Part shown: positions 45,768 to 54,779 of the stretch, in pieces
How positions within the stretch are numbered: position 1 is the stretch's first letter
How the letters are laid out: each line of letters starts with the position of its first letter
Origin: an uncultured Actinomycetes bacterium
GTDB taxonomy: Bacteria; Actinomycetota; Thermoleophilia; Gaiellales; Gaiellaceae
Reading direction: 5' to 3'
Assembly (NCBI GenBank): GCA_963827705.1
Contig: CAWHBN010000001.1
Coordinates: forward strand, 41,973 to 105,972
DNA length: 64,000 nucleotides
Program-made: the position numbers and the translations under genes
The notes under the pieces: generated by a model
What the model saw: the letters and a program-made list of their open reading frames with translations, nothing else
The model's database searches: none
What the model was told of the DNA's origin: nothing

Positions 45768-47504
45768 CTAGCGGCGTCTCACTCGGAACGAACGCGCCAG
45801 CTCGGCGCGACCGACCGAGTTGGTGGCCACGACGCGAGCCACGTACGTGCCCGAGAAAACGGGCTTCCCGTTGGGGTACTTGCCGTTCCAGAGGACGACG
45901 GTCTTGCCGGCGCGAGCGTTGAAGTTCCGCACGACGCGAAGGAGCTGCCCCGTCTTCGACGTGATCGTGACGCTGGCACGCGCCGGGCGGGTGAGCGTGA
46001 AGCCGATCAGGAGCCGTCCGCCCCGCTTCCGTCCCACGGTCATGCGGGACGGCTGGACGGAGATGAACCCGAGCGTGTTGTTGAGGCTGAACGAGCGCTC
46101 GGCGGTCGAGCGGCGCCCGTCGGCGTCCACGGCAGTGATCGACCAGCGATAGCGCCCTTCGGGCTCGGCGGCGCCGGCCCGGTTCGACCGGGTGCCGCCG
46201 GCGAACGCGAACTTGTAGAGGCCGGGCTTGCGCTCACCCGAGTCGATCGTGCGGCCGACACCATCGGGCCCGGTGAGGGTCGCCGTGACGGTCGACGGCT
46301 TCACGACCTTGTACTCGAGCCGCTGCCGTTCGCCTGCGCCGTCGCCGTTCGGCGAGAACGACGGCTCCGTTGCGGGCGCGTACACGCCGTAGTACATGAC
46401 GAGAAGCGCCTCCGAGACGAGCCGCTCGCCGCCGGTGTCGGAGGGACGGCTGAGGAGCTGCCCGCCGAACGCCATCGTCGACGAGCCTCCCGCGTCGAGC
46501 GCGGAGGCCGTGACGACGCCGAGCCGTGCCATCGTCTGCGCCAGCTCGAAGTTCGTCATTCCCGAGGAGTAGCCGGGCCGCCGTCCGTCGACCACGAGCA
46601 TCACGATCCGCCCGTCCGAGCGCTGCCCCACGGCCGTCCTCGGGTGGCGGCGGTTGAGGTGGTAGGTGCCGAAGTCCTCGGCGGGCCGGAAGATGGGACG
46701 TCCCTGGCGGATGAGCTCGGGACCGCCGCCGAGCGCTTCGGGCACGTCGCGCCACTCCGGCCGCAACACGAGCCGGACGGTGATCGTGTCCGCCGTGACC
46801 GCTTCGACGGCCATCCGCTGGGCCTGCGTCCCTCGGGCGACCAGCACGGCGCCGCCGGGCGGGATCGGCGTCCCACCGCGCCTGTTCTCCGAGACGAAGC
46901 CGACCAGGTCGGCGTTCGGCGTTGCGGACGGGAAGGGCGAGAGCACGGCCTCGAACACGCCGTTGCCGGTCGGCGTCGTCGTCCCGTACGAAGGTGTGTA
47001 GAGCGTCGTCCCGTTGGGACCCGGAGGCCGGTTGACGAGGTGGATCGGCCGCCGCGGGCCGGAGCCCTGCCAGGTGCCGAGCATCGAGATCCGGTCGACG
47101 CGCAGGTTCCCCGCCACGTCCACGCCGAGCATGGAGCGCTTCGGGTGCGGCGTCGTGCGCAGGACCCCGTCCTGGATCAGCCCGCTGGAGGGGATGCCGT
47201 CGGCCCAGGTGAAGAGGTCACCGTTCACGCCGGCGACCGTGGCGCTCGCCTCGGCGCGCCGCTGCATCGAGGTCACTCGCTCGCGGCCGGTCGCCGCCCC
47301 GTTCGAGAGCACGGGCTTGAGCCCGTACAGGCCACCGGCGGGCTTCGGCGCCGTGAGGATGTGCATCGTCTGTGGGCCGAACCGGGTGAACTGGAGCCGC
47401 TTCTCGTAGGTGACGCCCGGCATCAGGAGTTGCTGAGGCGCCCCCGCCGCCGGAGAAGCAAAAATGCCTGCGAGCAGGCCGAAAAGAATCGCCTTCCTCA
47501 GCAT
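45768..47504 (-). CDS. Secreted phosphodiester glycosidase (NAGPA/DUF2233) with C-terminal FlgD-Ig-like domains
   Basis: Signal peptide, then VAGVNGDLF...GLIQDGVL and PRTAVGQRSDGRIVMLVVDGRR...GMTNFELAQTMARLG...LDAGGSSTM. The tail carries VVLWNGKYPNGKPVFSGTY. Confidence 0.75.
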   Translation of the reverse strand: MLRKAILFGLLAGIFASPAAGAPQQLLMPGVTYEKRLQFTRFGPQTMHILTAPKPAGGLYGLKPVLSNGAATGRERVTSMQRRAEASATVAGVNGDLFTWADGIPSSGLIQDGVLRTTPHPKRSMLGVDVAGNLRVDRISMLGTWQGSGPRRPIHLVNRPPGPNGTTLYTPSYGTTTPTGNGVFEAVLSPFPSATPNADLVGFVSENRRGGTPIPPGGAVLVARGTQAQRMAVEAVTADTITVRLVLRPEWRDVPEALGGGPELIRQGRPIFRPAEDFGTYHLNRRHPRTAVGQRSDGRIVMLVVDGRRPGYSSGMTNFELAQTMARLGVVTASALDAGGSSTMAFGGQLLSRPSDTGGERLVSEALLVMYYGVYAPATEPSFSPNGDGAGERQRLEYKVVKPSTVTATLTGPDGVGRTIDSGERKPGLYKFAFAGGTRSNRAGAAEPEGRYRWSITAVDADGRRSTAERSFSLNNTLGFISVQPSRMTVGRKRGGRLLIGFTLTRPARASVTITSKTGQLLRVVRNFNARAGKTVVLWNGKYPNGKPVFSGTYVARVVATNSVGRAELARSFRVRRR

Positions 47505-47583
47505 GGACCCCGGCTGAGGCTATCGAAGACCGGGAAACGTCAAGGCCGCCTTTACAGCATTCGTACACGGGTAGTGTGCGGGG

Positions 47584-48558
47584 GTGGAACAGGCGATCGA
47601 AGTTCGCGGCCTGGTTCGCGAGTTCAAGGGCGGAATTCATGCGGTTGCAGGAATCGACCTCGACGTCGCGCCGGGCGAGATCTACGGCTTCCTCGGCCCC
47701 AACGGCGCCGGCAAGTCGACGACCGTGCACATGCTCACGACACTGCTTCCGCCGACGGCGGGCACAGCCAAGGTCGGTGGGCACGACATCGTGTCGGAGG
47801 GGCCGGCGGTGCGGAGGACGATCGGCGCAGCACTCCAGGAGGCGGCGCTTGACCCGCTCCTGACGGGCCGCGAGCACCTGAAGCTCCAACTTGCGCTGCA
47901 CGGAATCCCGCGGGGCGAGCGGGACCGGCGCACCGACGAGCTCCTCGAGCGTGTCGGACTTCGACTGGCCGCCGACCGGAAGATCGGCGGCTACTCGGGC
48001 GGCATGAAGCGCCGCCTCGACCTGGCGCTCGCGTTGGCGCACCGCCCGCGCATCCTCTTCCTGGACGAGCCGACGACAGGGCTCGACCCGCAGAGCCGCA
48101 GCGCGCTCTGGGACGAGGTCGTGCGGCTGAAGCGGGACGAGGGCGTCACGGTCTTCCTGACGACGCAGTACCTCGAGGAGGCCGACGTGCTCGCCGACCG
48201 AGTCGGGATCATCGACCACGGAAAGATCGTCGCCGAGGGCACACCGGCGGCACTGAAGGCGGAGATCGGACGGCCGACCGTCGAGGCGGTCCCGACCGAG
48301 GAAACCGAGCCGGCCAAGCTCGAGGAGATCTTCGGGCGCTTCGGCGAGCTCCAGCCGTCCACTGCCGGCGTGGCCGTTCGCCTGGACGGTAAGGGCGGGC
48401 TCGCCGACGTCGTGCGCGCGCTCGACTCGGCGGACGTGACCGTCGCCGCGCTCAACCTGCACGCACCGACGCTCGACGACGTGTTCCTGGCGAAGACCGG
48501 CCGCTCACTGGAGGGCGAGGAGGAGGAGCCCTCCGAGCCCGAGCCGGCTCCCGCTTGA
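47584..48558 (+). CDS. ABC transporter ATP-binding protein (DrrA/ABC-2 type)
   Basis: GPNGAGKSTT, YSGGMKRRLDLA, LFLDEPTTGLD. Confidence 0.9.
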   Translation: MEQAIEVRGLVREFKGGIHAVAGIDLDVAPGEIYGFLGPNGAGKSTTVHMLTTLLPPTAGTAKVGGHDIVSEGPAVRRTIGAALQEAALDPLLTGREHLKLQLALHGIPRGERDRRTDELLERVGLRLAADRKIGGYSGGMKRRLDLALALAHRPRILFLDEPTTGLDPQSRSALWDEVVRLKRDEGVTVFLTTQYLEEADVLADRVGIIDHGKIVAEGTPAALKAEIGRPTVEAVPTEETEPAKLEEIFGRFGELQPSTAGVAVRLDGKGGLADVVRALDSADVTVAALNLHAPTLDDVFLAKTGRSLEGEEEEPSEPEPAPA

Positions 48559-49328
48559 GCCTCGCGAACCAGGTCCTCCATCTCGCGCGCCGGTCGGTGA
48601 TCCGGACGCTGCGCCAGCCCGCCAACTGGATCACGCCGCTCATCTTCCCGCTGGCGCTCATGGCGGTGAACTCCGGCGGCCTCCAGGCGGCGACGAGCCT
48701 GCCGGGCTTCCCGACCGACTCGTACGTCGCGTTCTTCCTCGCCTTCCCGTTCATCCAGGGCGCGCTCTTCTCGACCGTCAACGCCGGGGTCGACCTGGCG
48801 CGCGACATCCAGACCGGGTTCCTGAACAGGCTCGCCCTGACGCCGATGCAGAGCACCGCCCTGCTCGTCGGCCACCTGGGCGGGGTGATCGTGATGGGCT
48901 TCGTGCAGGCGATCTGGTACCTCGCCGTCGGCCTGGCGATCGGCGTGCGCATCCAGGCAGGCGTCCTCGGTACGGTCGTGCTGCTCGTCCTCGCCGTCCT
49001 GATCGTCACCGCCTTCGGGTCGTTCGGCGCGCTCGCCGCACTGCGCACCGGCTCGACCGAGGCCGTGCACAGCCTCTTCCCCGTCTTCTTCGTGTTCCTG
49101 TTCATCTCGTCGATGAACCTGCCGCGGAACCTGATCGAGACGGACTGGTTCCAGGTCGCGGCGTCGGCGAACCCGGTCTCCTACCTGATCGAGGCGATCC
49201 GCAGCCTCGTGATCCAGGGCTGGAACGAGGAGGCGCTGGCGCTTGGCTTCGCCATCGCGATCGGCCTTTCGATCGTCGGCCTCACGCTTTCGTCCCTTTC
49301 GCTGCGGACGAGGCTGGCACGGACATGA
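48555..49328 (+). CDS. ABC-2 type transporter permease
   Basis: 257-aa six-TM ORF with a 4-nt overlap onto the ATPase gene. Confidence 0.8.
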   Translation: MSLANQVLHLARRSVIRTLRQPANWITPLIFPLALMAVNSGGLQAATSLPGFPTDSYVAFFLAFPFIQGALFSTVNAGVDLARDIQTGFLNRLALTPMQSTALLVGHLGGVIVMGFVQAIWYLAVGLAIGVRIQAGVLGTVVLLVLAVLIVTAFGSFGALAALRTGSTEAVHSLFPVFFVFLFISSMNLPRNLIETDWFQVAASANPVSYLIEAIRSLVIQGWNEEALALGFAIAIGLSIVGLTLSSLSLRTRLART

Positions 49329-50101
49329 GGAGCGTCGTCAGCGTGGCGCTCGCCGTCGGGTGGCGGATGCTGCACAACAACTTCACGACCCCCTCGCTTC
49401 TGATCCCAGGCATTGCCTTCCCGATGTTCTTCTTCATCGCCTTCGCGGGAGGGCTCTCACGGGTGAACGACGTCCCGGGCTTTCAGTTCCCCGTCGGGTA
49501 TACGGCGTTCCAGTTCGTCTTCGTGCTCCTCCAATCAGCTGCCTTTGCAGGAGTTTTTACAGGATTTGGGATCGTCCGCGACTTCGAGACCGGGTTCGCG
49601 CGGCGCCTGATGGTGGCGGCGCCCGACCGGCGAGGCATCCTGCTCGGCTACGGGATCGGCGCCATCGGCCGCTGGGCGGTGACTGCGACCGTCCTGACCT
49701 CGGTCGCGATGCTCGCGGGGATGGAGGTGGGCGGAAACGGCGTCGACGTCTTCGCGCTCTATACGCTCGCCGCCCTCGTCAACGTCATCGGGCTCGGGTG
49801 GTCAGCCGGCGTGGCGATGCGCTTCCGGTCGCTGCAGGCCGCGCCGCTCATGCAACTGCCGGTATTCCTCTCGCTCTTCTTCGCTCCGGTCTTCGTGCCG
49901 GTCGAGCTCCTGGCGGGCTGGCTGCAGACGATCGCGCACCTGAACCCGGTGACGCTGATGCTCGCAGCCGGCCGGAGCCTGATCGCCGGCGAGCCTGCGC
50001 ACATCGCCGGCGCGTTCGGCGCCGCCTTCGCGCTGATCGCGCTGTTTTCGATCTGGGCCTTGCGCGGCCTGCGCCGAGCCGAGGCCGCCGGCGCCGGTTA
50101 G
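49325..50101 (+). CDS. ABC-2 type transporter permease (second subunit)
   Basis: 258-aa six-TM ORF with a 4-nt overlap onto the previous permease. Confidence 0.8.
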   Translation: MRSVVSVALAVGWRMLHNNFTTPSLLIPGIAFPMFFFIAFAGGLSRVNDVPGFQFPVGYTAFQFVFVLLQSAAFAGVFTGFGIVRDFETGFARRLMVAAPDRRGILLGYGIGAIGRWAVTATVLTSVAMLAGMEVGGNGVDVFALYTLAALVNVIGLGWSAGVAMRFRSLQAAPLMQLPVFLSLFFAPVFVPVELLAGWLQTIAHLNPVTLMLAAGRSLIAGEPAHIAGAFGAAFALIALFSIWALRGLRRAEAAGAG

Positions 50102-50118
50102 AGGCTTAGAGTGGACGC

Positions 50119-50475
50119 GTGAACGTCCGGACCGCGCTCTTCTGGTTGGGAACGATCACCGGCATCGCCTATCTGCTGATCGGCGCACTCGGCGCCTGGT
50201 GGCCGGGTCACTGGGACGATACGGGAGCGAGTGACCAGATCCTGTGGGGAGCCCTGCTCATGGGCGGCGGCGTGGCGCTTCTCGCCGGTCTCCGGATCAT
50301 CGAACGCTCACCTCGGTGGGGCGCGGTCCTCGTCGCGGTCGGCGCGGTTGCCGGCGCGCTCGTGATCTTCTGGACGGTGATCGTGATCGTCGTGGCCCTG
50401 ACCGTTGTGGTCCTGGCCGTGGTCTACGCCCGGCGGCTCGCCTCGCCCTCGACAGCTTCGGACACCAGCGCCTGA
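50119..50475 (+). CDS. Small integral membrane protein
   Basis: 118-aa ORF with four hydrophobic segments. Its 3' end overlaps the convergent oxygenase gene by about 50 nt. Confidence 0.5.
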   Translation: MNVRTALFWLGTITGIAYLLIGALGAWWPGHWDDTGASDQILWGALLMGGGVALLAGLRIIERSPRWGAVLVAVGAVAGALVIFWTVIVIVVALTVVVLAVVYARRLASPSTASDTSA

Positions 50476-51452
50476 AACGCAGCGACCAGCTGCTCGCTCT
50501 CAGGTAGGAGCCGGCCGTCGGGGATGGCGCCCGACCCGGCGCCGCGCTGCACCGACTCCACGAGGCGAGCGTCCTCCCGCCCGACCTGATCGTCGAACTC
50601 GAGGAACTCGGCGATCCAGGCGCCGTCCTCGTCCGGAGCGAAGAAGTAGTCGAGGACCCGGCGGGTCCGGTCGGGGGCAATCGGCAGGATCGGGCCGATC
50701 GAGAGGTTCGGCCTGCCCGGGAAGACGTTGATCCCCGTGTTGGGCCAGATGAGGTGGAACTGGCCCTCGGGCAGCGGTGCCCCACTCGGGTCCTTCAGCC
50801 GTCCGAACTGGCTCAGGTGCCACGGCCTGCGCTCGAGCCGGTAGTCGCCCGGCGAGGTCTCGACCATTGCCGAGAAGCCGGGATGCGCGACGGCGCAGTG
50901 GTAGCACTCGAGGAAGTTCTCGGTCGCGATCTTCCAGTTCGCCGAGACCTCCCAGTCCACCCGGTGGTGAAACGCAAGGCCGTCGACGTCGATCCCGCCC
51001 TCGGCCAGCATCGCCGGCACCTCGCCGAGTACCTCGTCGAGCGGCGGCGCCTCGCCGTCCAGGTTCACGAACCGGAACGGGCCCCAGGCACCGAGGCGGA
51101 TCTCGACGAGCCCGAGGTCCCCGGCGCCGGAGAGCTCCTCCGACCGGGGCGCCGACCGCAGCGATCCGTCCAGCCCGTACGTCCAGGCGTGGTAGGCGCA
51201 CTGAAGTGTCTTCCGGCTCCCGGCCTCCTCGACGACGACCGAGCCGCGGTGCCGGCAGACGTTGACGAACGCGCGCTCGGCCCCCTCGTCTCTCACCACC
51301 ACGACCGGGACCCGACCGGCCGAGCCGGGAACGACGTTGTGCTCGCCGAGAACGCCGACGTACTGCCACGTCCGCGCGAAGATCGCCTTCTCCTCCCGCT
51401 CCAGCACCGCGGGATCGCGGTACCAGGCCCAGGGGGTGGTGGCGAGCGTCAC
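50424..51452 (-). CDS. Rieske [2Fe-2S] non-haem-iron oxygenase alpha subunit
   Basis: Rieske motif CRHRG...CAYHAW, followed by a catalytic domain with ENFLECYHCAVAHP. Confidence 0.85.
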   Translation of the reverse strand: MTLATTPWAWYRDPAVLEREEKAIFARTWQYVGVLGEHNVVPGSAGRVPVVVVRDEGAERAFVNVCRHRGSVVVEEAGSRKTLQCAYHAWTYGLDGSLRSAPRSEELSGAGDLGLVEIRLGAWGPFRFVNLDGEAPPLDEVLGEVPAMLAEGGIDVDGLAFHHRVDWEVSANWKIATENFLECYHCAVAHPGFSAMVETSPGDYRLERRPWHLSQFGRLKDPSGAPLPEGQFHLIWPNTGINVFPGRPNLSIGPILPIAPDRTRRVLDYFFAPDEDGAWIAEFLEFDDQVGREDARLVESVQRGAGSGAIPDGRLLPESEQLVAAFQALVSEAVEGEASRRA

Positions 51453-51830
51453 TCCGGTTGCGGCTCGTAGTCTGCGGGCGGCTCGAAGAACGTCACGAGG
51501 TTCCCGTCGTGGTCGACGACGGCGAACTCACGGAAGCCCCACGGCTTCTCCTCGAGCGGTGCGTTCGGGTGGAGGATCTCCTTGGCGCGGCAGTGCTCGT
51601 ACAGCTGGTCGATGCCGCGGACACCGACACGGATCATCGTGTCCGACTTCTCGGGCGGGATGCCGCTCGGTCCCCAGAAGTGGATCCAGGTCTCCCCGCG
51701 ACCAACGATCCCGTACTCGTCCTCGGTGTGGAAGATCGTGAAGCCGAGCCGGTCGCGGTACCAGACCGTACTCTGCCTCGATGTCGCGCGCCGGGATGAT
51801 CGGGACGGCCGAGATGAACTCGGTGCTCAA
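51449..51830 (-). pseudogene. Glyoxalase/bleomycin-resistance (VOC) family protein with a +1 frameshift near 51772-51775
   Basis: The N-terminal frame (TTG 51830) reads LSTEFISAVPIIPARDIEA. The remainder, TVWYRDRLGFTIFHTEDEYGIVGRGETWIHFWGPSG...MIRVGVRGIDQLYEHC...PWGFREFAVVDHDGNLVTFFEP, is one base out of frame. Total length is 3n+1. Confidence 0.75.
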
Positions 51831-53197
51831 GTCAAGAACGATGGCGGGTCGTCCATGACCCCGTCCGCAATCAGCGCGATCACATAGCCGAGGATCAGCA
51901 GGACGCCCGTCGCCAGATGGAGCTGGATGTTCTTTGCCATCGCCGGCATGAGGGCGTAGGGCTGGTCGTACGACGACTTGAGCGCCCGGTAGACGGGGAG
52001 AGCGAGGGGCGCTGCGGCGACCGCGATGATCGCCGGCCGCACGATCCACCCTGCGACGGCGAACACGACGATCAGCGCGAACGTCAGCGCGACGGCGGCG
52101 GCGTACCCATTGATGATTGCGTCCTTCGAGAACCGCACCGGGAGCGTGCGCTTCCCCGCCGCGGCGTCGGCCGGGCGGTCCGGCACCTCGTTCACGTAGA
52201 GCACGAGCGCGATCAGGATCCCGACCGGGATCGAGGCGAGGAGCGGCTCGAGATCGAACTCCTGCGCCTGGACGAAGTAGGCGCCCAGGGCCATGATCGG
52301 GCCGAAGCCGAGGAAGACGTCGATCTCACCGAGCCCGCGGTGAACGAGCTTGAGCGGCGGCGCGGTGTAGAAGACGCTGAGCAGCGCGCCGGCGGCGCCG
52401 AGCCAGAAGAGATCCCAGCCGCGCGTCGCGCAGAGGTAGAGCCCGATCCCGATCCCCACGGCGTAGAACGCGGCGGAGAGCAGCGTGATCTGCCGCAGTG
52501 TCAGCAGCCCGTAGTGGACGACGCGCGATCCGCCGCTGAACTGCGTGGGGTTGACGTTCTCCGCATCGGCGCCGCTCGTCGTGTCGAAGACGTCGTTCGC
52601 GACGTTGAGGCCAAGGTGGATGCTTGCGCCGCCGAAGAGCGTCAGGAGCGCGAGCCACCAGCTGAAGCCGTTCGTCCAGGCAGCGACCGCGATGCCGAGA
52701 AGAATCGGCACGAAGGTCGCCGTAAGGAACGGCAGCCGCGTCGTCCGTAGGAAGAGCCAGCCGAACGACAGCTTCGGCCGCACCTCGCGGCCAGTCTCCT
52801 CCGAGACTCGCTCGAGATATCGCCTGGCCTGCGGGACGCCGCGCTCGGAGTACTCGAAGAACGACATCTCCTCCTCGTCCCAGTGCTGGACGTCCTCCGG
52901 CGAGAACTCGAGCCCGCCCTCCGTCCGCATCAGCGGCCCCCAGAGCGAGACGTAGCGGCGCTCGTCGTAGCCGACGCCCGGCTGGGGGTGAATGTGGCTG
53001 AAGACCACGTTGACCCGCTCGCCCTGCGGCGGCTGCGCGTCGCCGGCGACGGCTCGCAGCGAGACGATCCCACGCTCCTCGTCGACCTCGAAGTCGGTCG
53101 CGACCGACATCGGGTAGCCGTCAACGTCGACATAGGCGATCACCGCGTGGCCGAAGCGCTCTTCGAGCTTGGCGATCAGCTCCGGTGTCGGTTTCAC
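51827..53197 (-). CDS. Fusion protein: PNPOx-like (FMN/F420-binding split-barrel) N-domain plus UbiA-family prenyltransferase (MenA-like)
   Basis: Residues 1-140 (HAVIAYVDVDGYPMSVATDF...) look PNPOx-like. They are followed by 8-9 TM helices with NVANDVFDTTSGAD and YVNEVPDRPADAAAGKRTL, the two Asp-rich UbiA/MenA motifs. Confidence 0.75.
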   Translation of the reverse strand: MKPTPELIAKLEERFGHAVIAYVDVDGYPMSVATDFEVDEERGIVSLRAVAGDAQPPQGERVNVVFSHIHPQPGVGYDERRYVSLWGPLMRTEGGLEFSPEDVQHWDEEEMSFFEYSERGVPQARRYLERVSEETGREVRPKLSFGWLFLRTTRLPFLTATFVPILLGIAVAAWTNGFSWWLALLTLFGGASIHLGLNVANDVFDTTSGADAENVNPTQFSGGSRVVHYGLLTLRQITLLSAAFYAVGIGIGLYLCATRGWDLFWLGAAGALLSVFYTAPPLKLVHRGLGEIDVFLGFGPIMALGAYFVQAQEFDLEPLLASIPVGILIALVLYVNEVPDRPADAAAGKRTLPVRFSKDAIINGYAAAVALTFALIVVFAVAGWIVRPAIIAVAAAPLALPVYRALKSSYDQPYALMPAMAKNIQLHLATGVLLILGYVIALIADGVMDDPPSFLT

Positions 53198-53679
53198 GCG
53201 AGCACCGGGTCGACGTCGAAGACCTGAGGCGGCCGGTCCGTGCGTCCGTCCTCCCAGAGGAATGCCTTCCGCGGCCGGATCTCGATCACCGAGCGCTCGA
53301 AGAAGAGGGGAAGCGCGACGCGCTTACCGAGAAAAAAGTCGATGGCGGGCTCCTTCTTCCGCCAGAGCGGGAGCACGCGCTCCCAGCCGGCGTGGAGATC
53401 CGAATCGTCGACCTCGGCGTCGCCCTGGATCGTCGCCCGGGCGACCTGGCCCGGCTCGAGCGCGGCGGGGTCGGTGATCGAGAGCGACACCTTCGGGTTG
53501 GCCTTGATGTGCTCGAGCTTCTTGGAGAAGAGGATGCTCGAGGTGAGGTAGATCAGCTCCCCGTCGTAGAGCGGGATCAACGGATGCGTCACGGGCCGGC
53601 CCGACGGGTCAATGACCGTGAGCTCGCTCACGAGCGCCGTCTCGAGCAGTGCTTCGACCGGTTCCGGAAGGATCCCCAT
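53194..53679 (-). CDS. Pyridoxamine 5'-phosphate oxidase-family (FMN/F420-binding) protein
   Basis: ATG 53679. Sequence: MGILPEPVEALLETALVSELTVIDPSGRPVTHPLIPLYDGELIYLTSS...KANPKVSLSI. Its 3' end overlaps the downstream fusion gene by 4 nt. Confidence 0.7.
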   Translation of the reverse strand: MGILPEPVEALLETALVSELTVIDPSGRPVTHPLIPLYDGELIYLTSSILFSKKLEHIKANPKVSLSITDPAALEPGQVARATIQGDAEVDDSDLHAGWERVLPLWRKKEPAIDFFLGKRVALPLFFERSVIEIRPRKAFLWEDGRTDRPPQVFDVDPVLA

Positions 53680-53703
53680 CAGCTTCGGGGGAAGATATCC
53701 CCT

Positions 53704-53865
53704 GGAGGGTTTGGCGGGATAGTGCTCGTTGCCAGGGCGTGATGCTCGTTCCCAGGCAAGGACGCAGGGAGCGCCCGTATTCCTGATACGGGCGCGACTG
53801 AGGACGCAGTCCTGGGGGCGAGCAGCGCGGCCTGGCGACACAGCCGCTATTTCGCCAAACCCTCC
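53704..53865 (-). other. 162-nt structured intergenic element closed by a 13-bp perfect inverted repeat (unclassified RNA structure or MITE-like element)
   Basis: GGAGGGTTTGGCG (53704-53716) pairs with CGCCAAACCCTCC (53853-65), extended by ATAG/CTAT. Inside is the perfect hairpin GCGCCCGTAT-tcctg-ATACGGGCGC (53771-53795), flanked by direct repeats of AGGACGCAG. Confidence 0.4.
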
Positions 53866-54779
53866 TAGCTTCGTCTCTCGACGACGATGTGCGTCAGCGC
53901 CTCGAGCTCCGGGCAGTGAGCGGTCCGCCCGAGGTGCGAGCGCGCCTCGGCGGCGTAGCGCAGTGCGATCTCGCGGGCCTGTTCCAGCGCGCCCGTCTGG
54001 GCGACGCGGATGAGCGCGCCCTCGAGCGGCCCGCCGGCGAGCGCCTCGCGCACGACCGGGTCTTCACGGGCGGCGAAGATCAGCGGCAAGGTCGGCGTGC
54101 CTTCCCGGAGGTCGTTCCCGGCGAGCTTCCCGGTCTCGATCGTCGTGCCTGTGCAGTCGAGGATGTCGTCGGCGATCTGGAACGCGATCCCCAGCGCGAG
54201 CCCGAAGCGGCCGATCGCCTCGTCGCGGCTGCCGAGCAGGCACGCGGCGCGGAAGAGCTCGGCCGTCTTCAGCGTGCAGCGCCGGAGGTACTCCTCCTCG
54301 GTCGTTTCCGGCTTGTGCGCCTGCCCGTGCTGAATCGCCTCGCCACGGACGAGGGCGAGCGCAGCGGCGGCAAGCAGCTGCACGCCCTCCTCGTCTCCGG
54401 TCGAGGACAGCTCGGAGAACGCCCGCGCGTACAGATAGTCGCCCGTCGTGCGCGCGCCGACCGAGCCGTGCGTGCGCCACGCGGTTTCGTGACCGCGGCG
54501 CAGCGCAGCCCGGTCGATCATGTCATCGTGGACGAGGCTCGCCATGTGGACGAGCTCGACCGCGGCTCCGGCCGGCACCGGGTCGCGGCCGTCCCGGGCG
54601 GTGAGGAAGACGAGCAGCGGCCGCAACCGCTTCCCGCCGGCGGCGAGCGCCTGGGCACCGGCGTCGGCGACCGTGCCTGGATGGCTCGCGACGGACTCGC
54701 GGAGACGATCCTCCAGCGCCGCCATGTAGGCGTCGAGCCCGGGAGCCTCCTCGACGGCGGCGAGCGCCGGGCGGTTCAT
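53865..54779 (-). CDS. Polyprenyl diphosphate synthase (trans-IPPS, HepT/IspB-like)
   Basis: ATG 54779 follows GGGGAGG. Motifs GGKRLRP, the first DDxxD in LVHDDMID, the second in IADDILD, and GKLAGNDLREG. Confidence 0.85.
   Translation of the reverse strand: MNRPALAAVEEAPGLDAYMAALEDRLRESVASHPGTVADAGAQALAAGGKRLRPLLVFLTARDGRDPVPAGAAVELVHMASLVHDDMIDRAALRRGHETAWRTHGSVGARTTGDYLYARAFSELSSTGDEEGVQLLAAAALALVRGEAIQHGQAHKPETTEEEYLRRCTLKTAELFRAACLLGSRDEAIGRFGLALGIAFQIADDILDCTGTTIETGKLAGNDLREGTPTLPLIFAAREDPVVREALAGGPLEGALIRVAQTGALEQAREIALRYAAEARSHLGRTAHCPELEALTHIVVERRS

Noticed and set aside
53704-53865. FMN or other flavin riboswitch upstream of the PNPOx-family genes
   Set aside because: The sequence does not fit the RFN element consensus as I remember it, nor any other riboswitch I can recall. 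It is kept only as an unclassified structured element.
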